The translations under genes were made by a program, and so were the position numbers. A DNA stretch of 64,000 bases from Acidobacteriota bacterium (GTDB lineage: Bacteria; Actinomycetota; Acidimicrobiia; Acidimicrobiales; CADCSY01), in the NCBI GenBank assembly GCA_019510095.1, contig JAEKLB010000021.1, forward strand, positions 872-64,871, written 5' to 3'. Below are positions 25,139 to 37,523 of the stretch, one piece after another (the first letter of the stretch is position 1; the number at the start of each line of letters is the position of its first letter). Under the pieces are notes generated by a model. The model saw nothing but the letters and a program-made list of their open reading frames with translations. It was not told the origin of the DNA and did not search any database.

Positions 25139-26023
25139 ATGGACGCTCTGACCACTCCCTTTCTCACTGGCACCGCTATTGGGGCGATCCTGTTCCTCGC
25201 CGCGCTTGGTCTGACGCTGACCTTCGGGCAGATGGGCGTGATCAACATGGCGAACGGCGAGTTCCTCATGGCCGGCGCCTACGCCACCTACCTCACCCAG
25301 CAGGTGATCCACAGCACCGGCATCTCGATCGTGGTCGCCGTCCCCGTGGCCTTCGTGGTCACCGGCACCCTCGGGTTGCTGCTCGAGGTCTCGATCATCC
25401 AGTGGATGTACCGCCGCCCGCTCGACACATTGCTGGTGACCGTCGGTGTGTCCATGGTCCTGCAACAGCTCGCCCGGGACGTCTTCGGCGCCCAGGGCGA
25501 CCCGGTGCGCCCGCCGAGCTGGATGCGCGGCAGCATCGACGTGTTCGGCTACCACTGGCCGCACCGCCAACTGTTCACGATCGTGCTGGCGGTCACCGCC
25601 CTGGCTGCTCTGACGGCGCTGCTGAAGCGCAGCGCGTTCGGTCGGCGAATCCGGGCGACGGTGCAGAACCGTGACCTGGCCGAGACGATGGGGGTCTCCA
25701 CCCGCAGCGTCGACCGGCTCACCTTCTTCCTTGGATCCGGTCTGGCCGGCGTCGGCGGGGTGGCCATCGCCCTGATCTCGGGCACCAATCCGACGCTCGG
25801 GGCGACGTACATCATCCCCGCGTTCCTCGTCGTCGTCGCTGGGGGCGTCGGCCAGCTCAAGGGCACCGTCATTGCCGCATGGACCGTGGGCGTCGTCACC
25901 GCGTTCCTCACCGACTGGACCAGCGGCAGCATGGCGCAGGTCCTCACGTTCGCCGCCGTGGTGGTCTTCCTCCAGATCCGCCCGCAGGGCCTCTTCACCG
26001 TTCGCACCAGGGGGTTGGCGTGA
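25139..26023 (+). CDS. urtB: Urea ABC transporter permease
   Basis: 294-aa polytopic branched-chain-type permease. Confidence 0.9.
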   Translation: MDALTTPFLTGTAIGAILFLAALGLTLTFGQMGVINMANGEFLMAGAYATYLTQQVIHSTGISIVVAVPVAFVVTGTLGLLLEVSIIQWMYRRPLDTLLVTVGVSMVLQQLARDVFGAQGDPVRPPSWMRGSIDVFGYHWPHRQLFTIVLAVTALAALTALLKRSAFGRRIRATVQNRDLAETMGVSTRSVDRLTFFLGSGLAGVGGVAIALISGTNPTLGATYIIPAFLVVVAGGVGQLKGTVIAAWTVGVVTAFLTDWTSGSMAQVLTFAAVVVFLQIRPQGLFTVRTRGLA

Positions 26024-27174
26024 GCATCACGACATCGGACGCGCCAGAGGTGCACGGTGCCGAGCCAGCGGCACCCGAGGCGGCGCTCTCGCCGAAGCGG
26101 TCGTTCCGCTCCGATCTCGTCCGCACCTATGGCCCCCTGCTCGGCATCGGCGTTCTGGCGCTCCTGCTGCTTGTCTGGGCGCCCGGGTCGCTCAGCCCGT
26201 TCCGCCTCGGCAATCTGGGCAAGTACTGCTGCTGGGCGCTCGCCGCCGTCGGCATCGGGCTGGCCTGGGGGCGGGGCGGCATGCTCGTCATGGGCCAGGG
26301 CGTGTTCTTCGGCCTTGGCGGTTACGCCATGGCCATGCACATGAAGCTCGAGGCCGCCGGCCCCGGCAAGGTGCCCGACTTCATGCAGCTGTACGGCAAC
26401 GGCACGATGCCCAGCTGGTGGGAACCATTCCGCAGCGGGCCGTTCACGCTGTTCGCCATCATCGCCCTGCCGGCCGTCGTCTCCTTCGTCCTCGGCTATG
26501 CGATCCTCAAGCGCCGGGTGAAAGGCGCCTACTTCGCCATCCTCACCCAGGCCCTGGCGGTTGCCTTCTCGACGCTGCTGATCGCCACGATCAAGCAGAC
26601 CGGCGGCTTCAACGGGCTGAACACGTTCACCAAGTTCTTCGGGCAGAACCTGTACGACCCGGCGGTGAAGAAGAACATCTACATGATCGCGGCCGGCCTG
26701 CTGATTGTCTGCCTCGTCATCGTCTGGCAGCTCTACCGGAGCCGCTACGGCGAGCTGCTCGTCGCCACCCGCGACGCCGAGGAGCGCATCCGCTTCCTGG
26801 GCTACGACCCCGCCAACATCAAGCTGGCTGCGTTCGTGGTCGCGGCGATCATGGCGAGCATCGGTGGCGCCATGTTCGTCCCGATCGCCGGGATCATCTC
26901 GCCGTCCAACGTGGACGCGACGGCATCGATCATGCTCATCGCGGGCGTCGCCCTGGGCGGGCGGGCCTCGTTGCTCGGACCGGCAGTGGGCGCCATCGTG
27001 GTGGGCTACGGGCAGACGACGCTGTCGGAGCAGTTCCCGACCCAGTGGATCTACTTCCAGGGCGGATTGTTCATCGTCGTCCTCCTGTTCCTCCCGTTCG
27101 GCATCACGTCGTTGCTGCCGAAGCTGAAGGAGCTGGCGTCGCGCCGGCGTACCACGGGGGAGTCGGCGGCATGA
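26020..27174 (+). CDS. urtC: Urea ABC transporter permease
   Basis: GTG 26020 overlaps the urtB stop (GTGA). Polytopic permease. Confidence 0.9.
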   Translation: MSITTSDAPEVHGAEPAAPEAALSPKRSFRSDLVRTYGPLLGIGVLALLLLVWAPGSLSPFRLGNLGKYCCWALAAVGIGLAWGRGGMLVMGQGVFFGLGGYAMAMHMKLEAAGPGKVPDFMQLYGNGTMPSWWEPFRSGPFTLFAIIALPAVVSFVLGYAILKRRVKGAYFAILTQALAVAFSTLLIATIKQTGGFNGLNTFTKFFGQNLYDPAVKKNIYMIAAGLLIVCLVIVWQLYRSRYGELLVATRDAEERIRFLGYDPANIKLAAFVVAAIMASIGGAMFVPIAGIISPSNVDATASIMLIAGVALGGRASLLGPAVGAIVVGYGQTTLSEQFPTQWIYFQGGLFIVVLLFLPFGITSLLPKLKELASRRRTTGESAA

Positions 27175-27930
27175 GCGGCCCGTTGGTCAGCCACGACTAC
27201 GTCGAGGTCCGCGACCTGACCGTCGACTTCGACGGCTTCAAGGCGATCCAAGGCGTCGACGTGACGTTCTTGCCGGGGCGCTTGCACTTCCTCATCGGGC
27301 CGAACGGGGCCGGGAAGACAACCCTGGTCGACGCCCTCACCGGGCTGTCGCGGGGCACCGGCTCGGCGGAGTTCCGACGCAAGGACCTGCTCGGCATGAA
27401 AGCCCACGAGATCGTGCACCTCGGGGTGGGCCGGACCTTCCAGACGGCGAGTGTGTTCGAGAAGAGCAGCGTGCTCCAGAACCTCGACATCGCTGCTGGC
27501 ATGCACCGCAAGGCGTTGGGGCTGCTGCTCCCCCGGCGAACCGTGCCCGAGCGCGTCGAGCAGGTGCTCGAGACCATTGGCCTGGCCGCGCTGGCGCATC
27601 GCCCCGCCGGGATCCTCGCCCACGGGCAGAAGCAGTGGCTGGAGATCGGCATGTTGCTGGTCCAGGACGCACGGGTGATGTTCCTCGACGAGACGGTCGC
27701 GGGGATGAGCGCCGATGAGCGCGAGGGCACCGGTGAGCTGCTCCGGCGGATCGCGGGTGAGAGGACCATCGTCGTCATCGAGCACGACATGGACTTCATG
27801 CGCAGCTATGCAGACTTCGTGACGGTCATGCACGCAGGCAAGGTGCTCGCCGAGGGCACGGTGTCGGAGATCCAGGCGGAGCCTCGGGTCCAGGAGGTCT
27901 ATCTGGGGACCGTGGCGGAGGTGGGGAGCA

Positions 27931-27938
<8 letters not shown>
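27171..27938 (+). CDS. urtD: Urea ABC transporter ATP-binding protein
   Basis: ATGA overlap with urtC. 'GPNGAGKTT', 'FLDETVAGM'. Confidence 0.9.
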
Positions 27939-28623
<685 letters not shown>

Positions 28624-28642
28624 CGAGTGACAGGCTGACCCG

Positions 28643-28945
28643 ATGCACCTGACGACCCATGAGCAGGAGCGCCTGCTGGTGAGCGTGGCTGCCATGGTGG
28701 CCCGGGACCGCCAGGGGCGCGGCCTCAAGCTCAACTATCCGGAGGCGATCGCCATCCTGACCGTCTTCGTCCTCGAGGGCGCTCGTGAGGGGCGCCGGGT
28801 CGCTGATCTGATGGATGCCGGCCGGCGAGTGCTGACCCGCGCCGACGTCATGGACGGCATCGCCGAGATGATCGGCGAGGTGCAGGTCGAGGCGACCTTC
28901 CCCGACGGCACCAAGCTCGTGACCCTGCACGATCCGATCGCCTAG
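28643..28945 (+). CDS. ureA: Urease gamma subunit
   Basis: '[37 protein letters not shown]'. Confidence 0.95.
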   Translation: MHLTTHEQERLLVSVAAMVARDRQGRGLKLNYPEAIAILTVFVLEGAREGRRVADLMDAGRRVLTRADVMDGIAEMIGEVQVEATFPDGTKLVTLHDPIA

Positions 28946-29253
28946 ATGAAGCCTGGCGAGGTCATCACCGGTCACGAGCCGGTGGTCCTGTTCGGCGGCC
29001 GCGCCGTCATCAAGGTGCTTGTCGCCAACACCGGCGACCGCCCCGTGCAGGTTGGGTCGCACTACCACTTCGCCGAGGCCAACCCGGCCCTGTCGTTCGA
29101 CCGCGCGGCTGCACGCGGTCACCGCCTCGCCATCCCGGCGGGGACGTCGGTGCGGTTCGAGCCGGGCATCGGGCGCACCGTCGAGCTGGTGCCCCTTGCC
29201 GGCCGGCGGATCGTCGCCGGCTTGCGCGGCGAGGTCGCGGGAAGGCTGGACTG

Positions 29254-29254
<1 letters not shown>
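28946..29254 (+). CDS. ureB: Urease beta subunit
   Basis: 'MKPGEV...[21 protein letters not shown]'. Confidence 0.95.
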
Positions 29255-30962
<1,708 letters not shown>

Positions 30963-30963
<1 letters not shown>

Positions 30964-31664
30964 TGAGCGCCACGACCCTGGCCATGCTGCTGCTGGGAGA
31001 CGGCCGGCTGCCGTCGGGCGGCCATGCGCACTCGGGTGGCGTGGAGGCGGCGATCACCGACGGCCGCATCGTCGACATCACCACGCTGGAAGCGTTCGTG
31101 ATCGGCCGCCTGTCGACCACCGGGCTGACCGAGGCCTCGCTGGCAGCCGCCACCGTGCACGCGCTGACCGGGACGACCACGGCTGACCACACCCGTGACG
31201 TGTTGGCCGTGCTCGACCTCGAGGCCGAGGCCCGCATCATCGCCCCGGCCCTGCGCATGGCATCCCGTCGCCTCGGCCGACAGCTGGCCCGGGTGGCGGG
31301 GCGATGCTGGCCGCACCCGGTGCTGGCGTCGCTGGCCGACGCCGCCCCCGACGGCGCCCACCAACCGGTCGCACTTGGGGCGTGCGGGTTCGCAGCCGGC
31401 GTGGGCGTGCAGGCGGTCGCCGATCTGGCCGTTCACCATGCTGTCTCCACGCCGGCGCAGGCGGCCGTCCGGCTGCTCGGGCTCGACCCGTACGCGGTTG
31501 CGGCCCTCACCGCCGACATGGCGTCGCTCGCCACCGGCGTGGCCGCCGCCGCGGTCGCCGCCGCCACCGGCCCGTTCGCCGAGCTCCCCGCGCCGAACGG
31601 ACCCATCCTCGACATCGCCGCCACCGAGCACGCCGGGCGGGACGCCCGCATGTTCGCCACCTGA
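30963..31664 (+). CDS. ureF: Urease accessory protein UreF
   Basis: 'LLLGDGRLPSGGHAHSGGVEAA'. TGATG junction with ureC. No ureE gene between ureC and ureF. Confidence 0.85.
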
Positions 31665-31691
31665 CCCCACCCTTCCCGAAAGGAACTTCGC

Positions 31692-32354
31692 ATGGGCGCC
31701 TTCCACGGCGAGCACGACCACGAGCACCAGCACCGGCCCCGCATCGGAACCTCGCTGCGGGTGGGCATCGGTGGGCCGGTCGGCAGTGGCAAGACGGAGC
31801 TGGTCGCCTGCTTGTGCGAGACGCTGTCGGCCGAGCTCTCGTTGGTGGCCGTCACCAACGACGTGTTCACCACCGAGGACGCGTCGATCCTCGCCCGCCG
31901 GGCGGTGCTGCCGCTCGACCGCATCGTCGGCGTGCAGACGGGCTGCTGCCCGCACACCGCCATCCGCGACGACATCAGCGAGAACCTCGACACCGTCGAG
32001 GAGCTCGAACGCCGCTTCCACCCCGACCTGGTGCTGGTGGAGTCCGGGGGCGACAACCTCACCGCCACGTTCTCCCGCGCCCTGGTCGACGTGCAGCTGT
32101 TCGTGATCGACGTCGCTGGGGGCGACAAGGTGCCACGCAAGGGCGGGCCGGGGATCACCACGTCGGACCTGTTGGTGATCAACAAGACCGATCTGGCCCC
32201 CATGGTGGGCGCCGACCTCGACGTGATGAAGCGCGACGCCACCCGCATGCGGGGCAACCTCCCCACCGTCTTCACCTCGCTGCGCCAGGACCCCGCAGCG
32301 ACCCAGGTGGTCGCCTTCCTCCGCCACCAGCTCGCCCACGGCCACGCCGCCTGA
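31692..32354 (+). CDS. ureG: Urease accessory GTPase UreG
   Basis: His-rich N-terminus, 'GGPVGSGKT', 'CCPHTAIR', 'ESGGDNL', 'INKTDL'. Confidence 0.95.
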   Translation: MGAFHGEHDHEHQHRPRIGTSLRVGIGGPVGSGKTELVACLCETLSAELSLVAVTNDVFTTEDASILARRAVLPLDRIVGVQTGCCPHTAIRDDISENLDTVEELERRFHPDLVLVESGGDNLTATFSRALVDVQLFVIDVAGGDKVPRKGGPGITTSDLLVINKTDLAPMVGADLDVMKRDATRMRGNLPTVFTSLRQDPAATQVVAFLRHQLAHGHAA

Positions 32355-32355
32355 C

Positions 32356-33069
32356 ATGAGGTCCTCGGCCACCATCGTCGCCGAGACGACGCGTCCGGGC
32401 ACGACCCGGTGCACCACGTTGCGATCGAGCCCGCCGCTGGCCTTGCGGGAGACGCACGACGGGCTCCACCTGGTGGCAAGCGCGGCCGGACCGCTGGGCG
32501 GCGACGACCTCGCCGTCAACGTCGACGTGACCACGGCCGCCCGACTGGTCGTGCGCAGCGTCGCCGCCCAACTGATCCTCCCCGGACCCCACGGCGCGCC
32601 GTCGACCGCCGCCCTGCACGCGACCGTGGGTGCCGACGCCGACCTGCGCTGGCTGCCGTCGCCGTCGGTGCTCGTCGAGGGGGCTGACCACCGGAGCACG
32701 ACCACCCTGGCCCTGGCAGCGACGGCGGCGATGCAGTGGCGGGAGGTCATCGTGCTCGGCCGCCACGACGAGACGTCCGGTTCGTGGCACCAGCGGCTGC
32801 GCGTCGACCGCTCCGGCCGGCCCCTCCTGCGCACCGACCTTCTCCTCGGTCCCAGGTGGCCGGGAGCCGAAGGCCCGGCCGGCACCGCCGGCGCGAGAGT
32901 CGTCGGCACTGCACTCGTCGTCGGCCATCCGGTCCGGTCGATCACCGCCGGACCCGAGGTCCGGGCTGCTGCCTATCCCCTCGCCGACGACGCCGTCATG
33001 GTCACCGCCCTCGGTGACGCCGTCGAGCCGGTCGAGGCCCTCCTCAACTCGTTCTTTGGCGACTCGTAG
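32356..33069 (+). CDS. ureD: Urease accessory protein UreD/UreH
   Basis: Position after ureG plus 'AAGPLGGDDL'. The last 6 codons and the stop lie in REP-like copy 2. Confidence 0.8.
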   Translation: MRSSATIVAETTRPGTTRCTTLRSSPPLALRETHDGLHLVASAAGPLGGDDLAVNVDVTTAARLVVRSVAAQLILPGPHGAPSTAALHATVGADADLRWLPSPSVLVEGADHRSTTTLALAATAAMQWREVIVLGRHDETSGSWHQRLRVDRSGRPLLRTDLLLGPRWPGAEGPAGTAGARVVGTALVVGHPVRSITAGPEVRAAAYPLADDAVMVTALGDAVEPVEALLNSFFGDS

Positions 33070-33100
33070 CGCGGGGGGACCCACAAGTCGCCGAAGAACG
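33050..33100. repeat. REP-like palindromic element, copy 2
   Basis: CGTTCTTTGGCGACTCGT...AGTCGCCGAAGAACG between convergent ureD and amiF. Confidence 0.65.
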
Positions 33101-33108
33101 GGAGGGGT

Positions 33109-34122
33109 TCAGAGGGGTGGAGCGGGAAGCGGGTCGTAAAGGCGGTCGGGGGGCTCGAAGCCGCAAGACGCGCCGTCGACGTGGACCACCTCGGCCTCCC
33201 ACGGCAGGCGGTAGGAACCGCTGACCAGGTCGTGCATGAACGTGTAGGGGCAGTCCTGGGCGCCGCCCTTCACCGCCACGTAGGCCCGGTGGCCCAATTG
33301 GTAGATGTTGTTCTCGACCGACCAGTTCTGGCGGGCGCCGGCGATGCGGGCGGGCAGGACCTCGGCGCACACGATCTCGTCGGGGCGGCTGCCGCCCGTG
33401 GCCAAGGGCGTGCCGTCGAAGTCGACGATCATCGCCTCGCCCATCGAATCGAAGGTGCCGTCGGTGCCGCACATGCACACGGAGGCGGTCGCCATCAGGT
33501 TGCTGAACGCGTTGGCCTGGTTGGTCACGCGCCACGCCTCGCGGATCGGGGCGGTGTAGCCGGCCGTGCGCAACATGATGTCGGCGCCCTTGTAGGCGCA
33601 TTCCCGGGCCATCTCCGGGAACATGCCGTCATGGCAGATGATGAGGGCCAGCGTCGAGCCGTTGGGTCCCTCGCACACCGGGATGCCGAGGTCGCCCGGC
33701 TCCCATGGCTCGACGGGGGTCCACGGGTGGAGCTTGCGGTAGAACAGCCGCAGCTCGCCCTCGTCATCGACGATCAGGCCGCTGTTGTACGGATTGCGCC
33801 CGACGTTCAGCTCCATGATGGAGAAGCAGCCCCAGATGTGGTTCTCGGCGCAGGCAGCCCGGAACGCCGCAACCTCCGGCCCGTCGGCCCGGCACATCAG
33901 CGCCGGGTCGGTGCTCATCGACAGGCCGTGCAGCGAGTACTCCGGGAACACGACCAGGTCCATGCCCGGATAGCTCCGCCGGGCCTTGCCGACCATGGCC
34001 ACGATCCGGTCGGTCTGGGCAGCCAGCAGCGCCGGGGTGTCCACCGTGGGCAGCTGGAGCTGCACCATGCCGATGACCACGCCGTCCGCCGACTTGTTGA
34101 GCCCGCCCAGTCCTCCACCCAT
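33109..34122 (-). CDS. amiF: Formamidase / aliphatic amidase (nitrilase superfamily)
   Basis: Collinear by eye with H. pylori AmiF: 'FPEYS', 'YRKLHPW', 'ICHDGMFPE', 'ENNIYQLGHRAYVA'. ATG at 34122. Confidence 0.9.
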   Translation of the reverse strand: MGGGLGGLNKSADGVVIGMVQLQLPTVDTPALLAAQTDRIVAMVGKARRSYPGMDLVVFPEYSLHGLSMSTDPALMCRADGPEVAAFRAACAENHIWGCFSIMELNVGRNPYNSGLIVDDEGELRLFYRKLHPWTPVEPWEPGDLGIPVCEGPNGSTLALIICHDGMFPEMARECAYKGADIMLRTAGYTAPIREAWRVTNQANAFSNLMATASVCMCGTDGTFDSMGEAMIVDFDGTPLATGGSRPDEIVCAEVLPARIAGARQNWSVENNIYQLGHRAYVAVKGGAQDCPYTFMHDLVSGSYRLPWEAEVVHVDGASCGFEPPDRLYDPLPAPPL

Positions 34123-34145
34123 GACGTCGACGCTCGCGCCGCGGC

Positions 34146-34161
34146 GTTTCCGGCCCGAGAC
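34146..34161 (-). promoter_or_regulatory. Weak GlnR-like half box upstream of amiF
   Basis: Minus strand GTCTC-n6-GAAAC. The b-site is perfect; the a-site has one mismatch. 23 nt upstream of the ATG. Confidence 0.2.
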
Positions 34162-34178
34162 CAGTTCGCGAACCCTCG

Positions 34179-35099
34179 ATGAACGGGCGTCCCAGCGGCC
34201 GGCCACTACCCTCCTCGCCCGTGCCCGCAGCGAAGCAATCCAACGGCTTCGACTGGAGCGGGCGGATCCTGCCCCGCTCGGTCCTGGGCATTGCCGCCCT
34301 GATCCTGTCGCTCGCGCTGGGAGCGGCCTTCAGCGGGGCCGTGCTCTACGCCTACTACCAGGCGCGCCTCGACTCCCACGAGAACGCCATCACCAAGTAC
34401 GCCAACACCTTCGACGAACGCCTCAAGACGGCGACCGCCATCATCAAGTCGGAGCAGAACAAGGCGCGCGAGGCCGTGCGTTCGGAGATCGGTCCGATCA
34501 AGGAGCTCGCGGCCAGCGGCGAGACGATCAACGAGCTCCTCGACCGGGTGGCTCCGTCGGTCTGGTTCGTGTCGACGCTCGCCGATGACGGCAGCCCGTC
34601 GGTCGGCTCCGCCTTCGTGGTCTTCGCCGACGCCGACCAGAGCTTCCTGATCACCTCCTACACCACGGTCAAGGCCGCCACGACGGCCCCGGCACCGGCC
34701 ATCCAGCTCCGCAAGGGGAATGACGTGGTCACCGCCAAGCTCGAGACGTGGGAGGTGCAGAAGGACCTCGCCCTCGTCTCGGTCAAGCGGGGCAACCTGC
34801 CCCGTCTCGACTGGGGTGGCAACCCCGACATCGGCGAGCGGGTGTTCGCGGTGTCGGGACTCGGCTCGAAGGGCGCCTCTGCCAGTCAGGGCATTGTCGG
34901 CGACGTGAGCGCCACGGGCATCCAGCACGATGCGCCGATCGGCGTGCAGTTCCAGGGTGGTCCGCTGCTGAACTCCGACGGCGAGGTGATCGGCGTCGCG
35001 TCCCGCACCTACGCACCGCTGAACTTCGCACCGGACTCCGTGTGGTTCGCGCCGCCCATTCGCGGCGCGTGCGACAAGGTGCTGCGCTGCCCGTCGTAG
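34179..35099 (+). CDS. Membrane-anchored trypsin/HtrA-like (S1C) domain protein with degenerate catalytic triad
   Basis: TM 'VLGIAALILSLALGAAFSGAVLY', a coiled segment, then the S1C fold. 'LITSYTTV' sits where 'LTNxHVV' is expected, and 'VQFQGGPLLNSDGEVIGV' where 'GNSGGPL' is expected. Asp context 'KDLALVSV' is retained. Confidence 0.7.
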   Translation: MNGRPSGRPLPSSPVPAAKQSNGFDWSGRILPRSVLGIAALILSLALGAAFSGAVLYAYYQARLDSHENAITKYANTFDERLKTATAIIKSEQNKAREAVRSEIGPIKELAASGETINELLDRVAPSVWFVSTLADDGSPSVGSAFVVFADADQSFLITSYTTVKAATTAPAPAIQLRKGNDVVTAKLETWEVQKDLALVSVKRGNLPRLDWGGNPDIGERVFAVSGLGSKGASASQGIVGDVSATGIQHDAPIGVQFQGGPLLNSDGEVIGVASRTYAPLNFAPDSVWFAPPIRGACDKVLRCPS

Positions 35100-37220
35100 C
35101 TACGGCGAGATGAAGGTGGTGGGCACCGTCGTGGTGGTCTCAGTCGGCGCCGTTGTGGTGGTGGTCGACTCCGGCGGCACCGCTCTCGGTGGCGGGGCCT
35201 TGTCGACGTAGCTCCCGCCGTCGCTGATCGGCGCGACCGCGCGACGCAACCCGACGTCGAAGCCCTTGCGGGCCTTGCGCTTGCCCGAGTCGACCACCGA
35301 GCTCAGCGGGGCCGGCTCGCTGAACTTCACCACCGGGAGGCCCTTCATGGCCTCCTTCATGTAGCGCTGCCACGTGAGGGCCGGCAGCGTGCCGCCGGTG
35401 ACCACCCGCACTCCCTTGATGCCGTGCAGCGGCGTGGGCCGGTCGCGGTCGCCGATCCACACCGAGGTCGACAGCTGCGGCGTGTACCCGGTGAACCAGG
35501 CGTCCTTGTTGTCGTTGGTGGTACCGGTCTTGCCTGCCGCCGGTCGGTCGCCCAGACCCTTTCCACCGGCGGTGCCCCCCGGGCTGAGCGGCCCTTGCAG
35601 GAGGTCGTTCATGGTGTCGGCCACTGCCTCGGCCTGGACCCGCTCGAGCTTGGGCTTGAGGTTGTCCTCGACCACGTGGCCGTCGGCGTCGAGCACCTTC
35701 AACACTGGCGTCGGCTCGGCCCGCATGCCACGCGCCGCCCACGTCCCATACGACGAGGCCATGTCGAGGGGCGACGTCTCGGGCGCGCCGAGGGCCACCG
35801 ACAGGCCGTGGAAGCCGGCCTTGTAGATCGACGCCTTCATCCCGAGCTTGCGGGCCAGGTCCATCGTCTTCTCGACGCCGACGTCGCGGATGAGCTGCAC
35901 GAAGACGGTGTTGACCGAGTGCTTGATCGCCTCGCGGAGGGTCAGCGAGCCGAAGCTCTCGCCGCCATAGTTCTCCGGGCAGTAGTCCTTGGTGACGCAG
36001 AGCTTCGCGGGGCCCCGATAGACCTTGCTGGGGGAGACGCCCTGTTCGAGCGCCTCGGCCAGCACGAACGGCTTGTAACCCGAGCCCGGTTGGCGGCCGC
36101 TGCCACCGCCGAGCTTGCCGAGAGCCAGGTTGACCTGGCCACCGGGCGCGTAGAAGTCGCGCCCGCCGACCAGCGCCTTGACGTAGCCACTCGCCGGCTC
36201 GACCGAGGCCAGCGCCATCTCCAGTGGCGGCTTGGTGCCCGACAGGGTGAGGGCGATCGACTTCTCGGCCGCCTGCTGCAGGTCGGGGTCGAGGGTCGTG
36301 TAGATCTGCAGGCCCCGGGAGTAGACGAACCCGTCGCCGTATTTCGCGTCGAGGTACCGCTGGACGTAGTCCATGAAGTACGGGTAGGCGGTGCGCACCG
36401 CCTGGCGCCCGTACACCCCGGTGACGGGCTGGCCCTTGGCTGGCGGCGTCTTCTCGACCAGCCACACGACCTGGGGGATGGCCCGGTTGTACTCCTCTTG
36501 GGTGATGCGGCCCTGCTCGAGCATGAGCCCCAGCACCAGCTTCCGCTTGGTCTCGGCGTTGGTCGGGCTGGTGCGGGGGTTGTAGGCGCTCGGCGCCGGG
36601 ATGATGCCGGCCAGCAACGCCGACTCCGAGAGGCTGAGGTCGCGCACCGACTTGTGGAAGTACGTCTGGGCCGCGGCCCCGACGCCGTACGCCCCTTCCC
36701 CCAGATAGACCTGGTCGAGGTAGCGGAAAAGGATCTCCTGCTTGCTGAGCTGGCGGTCGAGCTGGCTGGCCAGCACCGCTTCGCGCACCTTGCGGGAGAT
36801 GGTGCGGTCCTTGCCGACATAGGCGTTCTTGACGTACTGCTGGGTGATCGTCGAGCCGCCCTGCACCTTGGCGGCGTTGCGGATGTCGGCCCACATGGCG
36901 CGGAGGGTGCCGCGCACGTCGACCCCACCGTGCTCGTAGAACCGCTTGTCCTCGCTCGACACGACGGCGTCGCGCAGGTACTTGGGGATGTCGCCGGGGT
37001 GGACGGGCGTGGTGGTGTCGAACTGGCGGAAGACGCCGACCTGCTTGCCGTTGATGTCGTACACCGTGGCGATCTGGGCCTCGATGAACCGGGTCGGCGT
37101 GGGCACGCTGGCCGGCAGGGGGAGGAAGAGGAACGACGCCAACACCACGCCAGCGGTCATGACCGGCGTGACGACGACGGTGATCGCGAGGAGGGCGATC
37201 ACCTTCAGCAGTCGCCGCAT
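35100..37220 (-). CDS. Class A penicillin-binding protein (transglycosylase + transpeptidase)
   Basis: 'SSEDKRFYEHGGVD', 'GGSTITQQY', 'SGYKPF', 'KTGTT'. Thr-rich C-terminus. Confidence 0.92.
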   Translation of the reverse strand: MRRLLKVIALLAITVVVTPVMTAGVVLASFLFLPLPASVPTPTRFIEAQIATVYDINGKQVGVFRQFDTTTPVHPGDIPKYLRDAVVSSEDKRFYEHGGVDVRGTLRAMWADIRNAAKVQGGSTITQQYVKNAYVGKDRTISRKVREAVLASQLDRQLSKQEILFRYLDQVYLGEGAYGVGAAAQTYFHKSVRDLSLSESALLAGIIPAPSAYNPRTSPTNAETKRKLVLGLMLEQGRITQEEYNRAIPQVVWLVEKTPPAKGQPVTGVYGRQAVRTAYPYFMDYVQRYLDAKYGDGFVYSRGLQIYTTLDPDLQQAAEKSIALTLSGTKPPLEMALASVEPASGYVKALVGGRDFYAPGGQVNLALGKLGGGSGRQPGSGYKPFVLAEALEQGVSPSKVYRGPAKLCVTKDYCPENYGGESFGSLTLREAIKHSVNTVFVQLIRDVGVEKTMDLARKLGMKASIYKAGFHGLSVALGAPETSPLDMASSYGTWAARGMRAEPTPVLKVLDADGHVVEDNLKPKLERVQAEAVADTMNDLLQGPLSPGGTAGGKGLGDRPAAGKTGTTNDNKDAWFTGYTPQLSTSVWIGDRDRPTPLHGIKGVRVVTGGTLPALTWQRYMKEAMKGLPVVKFSEPAPLSSVVDSGKRKARKGFDVGLRRAVAPISDGGSYVDKAPPPRAVPPESTTTTTAPTETTTTVPTTFISP

Positions 37221-37251
37221 CGGGCGGGAGTCTAGGAAGTGCTGGTCAGCG

Positions 37252-37267
37252 GCCGGGTTCGCCCGGC
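37252..37267 (-). terminator. Short GC hairpin downstream of whiB
   Basis: GCCGGG-ttcg-CCCGGC. No U-tract. Confidence 0.25.
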
Positions 37268-37271
37268 GTGC

Positions 37272-37523
37272 TCAGTCCCAGAGTGAACGGCGCTCCAGCT
37301 CGTTGAGCCCGCCCCAGATGCCGTGCGGCTCCTTGATGCGGACGGCGAACTCGAGGCACGGCTCGGCCACCCCACACTCGGCGCAGATGGCCTTGGCCCT
37401 GGCTTCCCGCTCGACCTTCTCGTCCTTGCGCTCAAAGGTCGACGGCGGGAAGAACACCACCGCTTGCGGCCCCCGGCACGCGGCCTTCTCCTGCCACAAC
37501 AGCTCTTCGCTGCGTAGTGCCAC
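37272..37523 (-). CDS. WhiB-family (Wbl) Fe-S transcription factor
   Basis: 'AACRG...CAECGVAEPC...HGIWGGL'. GTG 37523 is preceded by GAAAGGGGGGG at 6 nt. Alternative ATG at 37559. -10-like TAGGTT at 37554..37549. Confidence 0.85.
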   Translation of the reverse strand: MALRSEELLWQEKAACRGPQAVVFFPPSTFERKDEKVEREARAKAICAECGVAEPCLEFAVRIKEPHGIWGGLNELERRSLWD

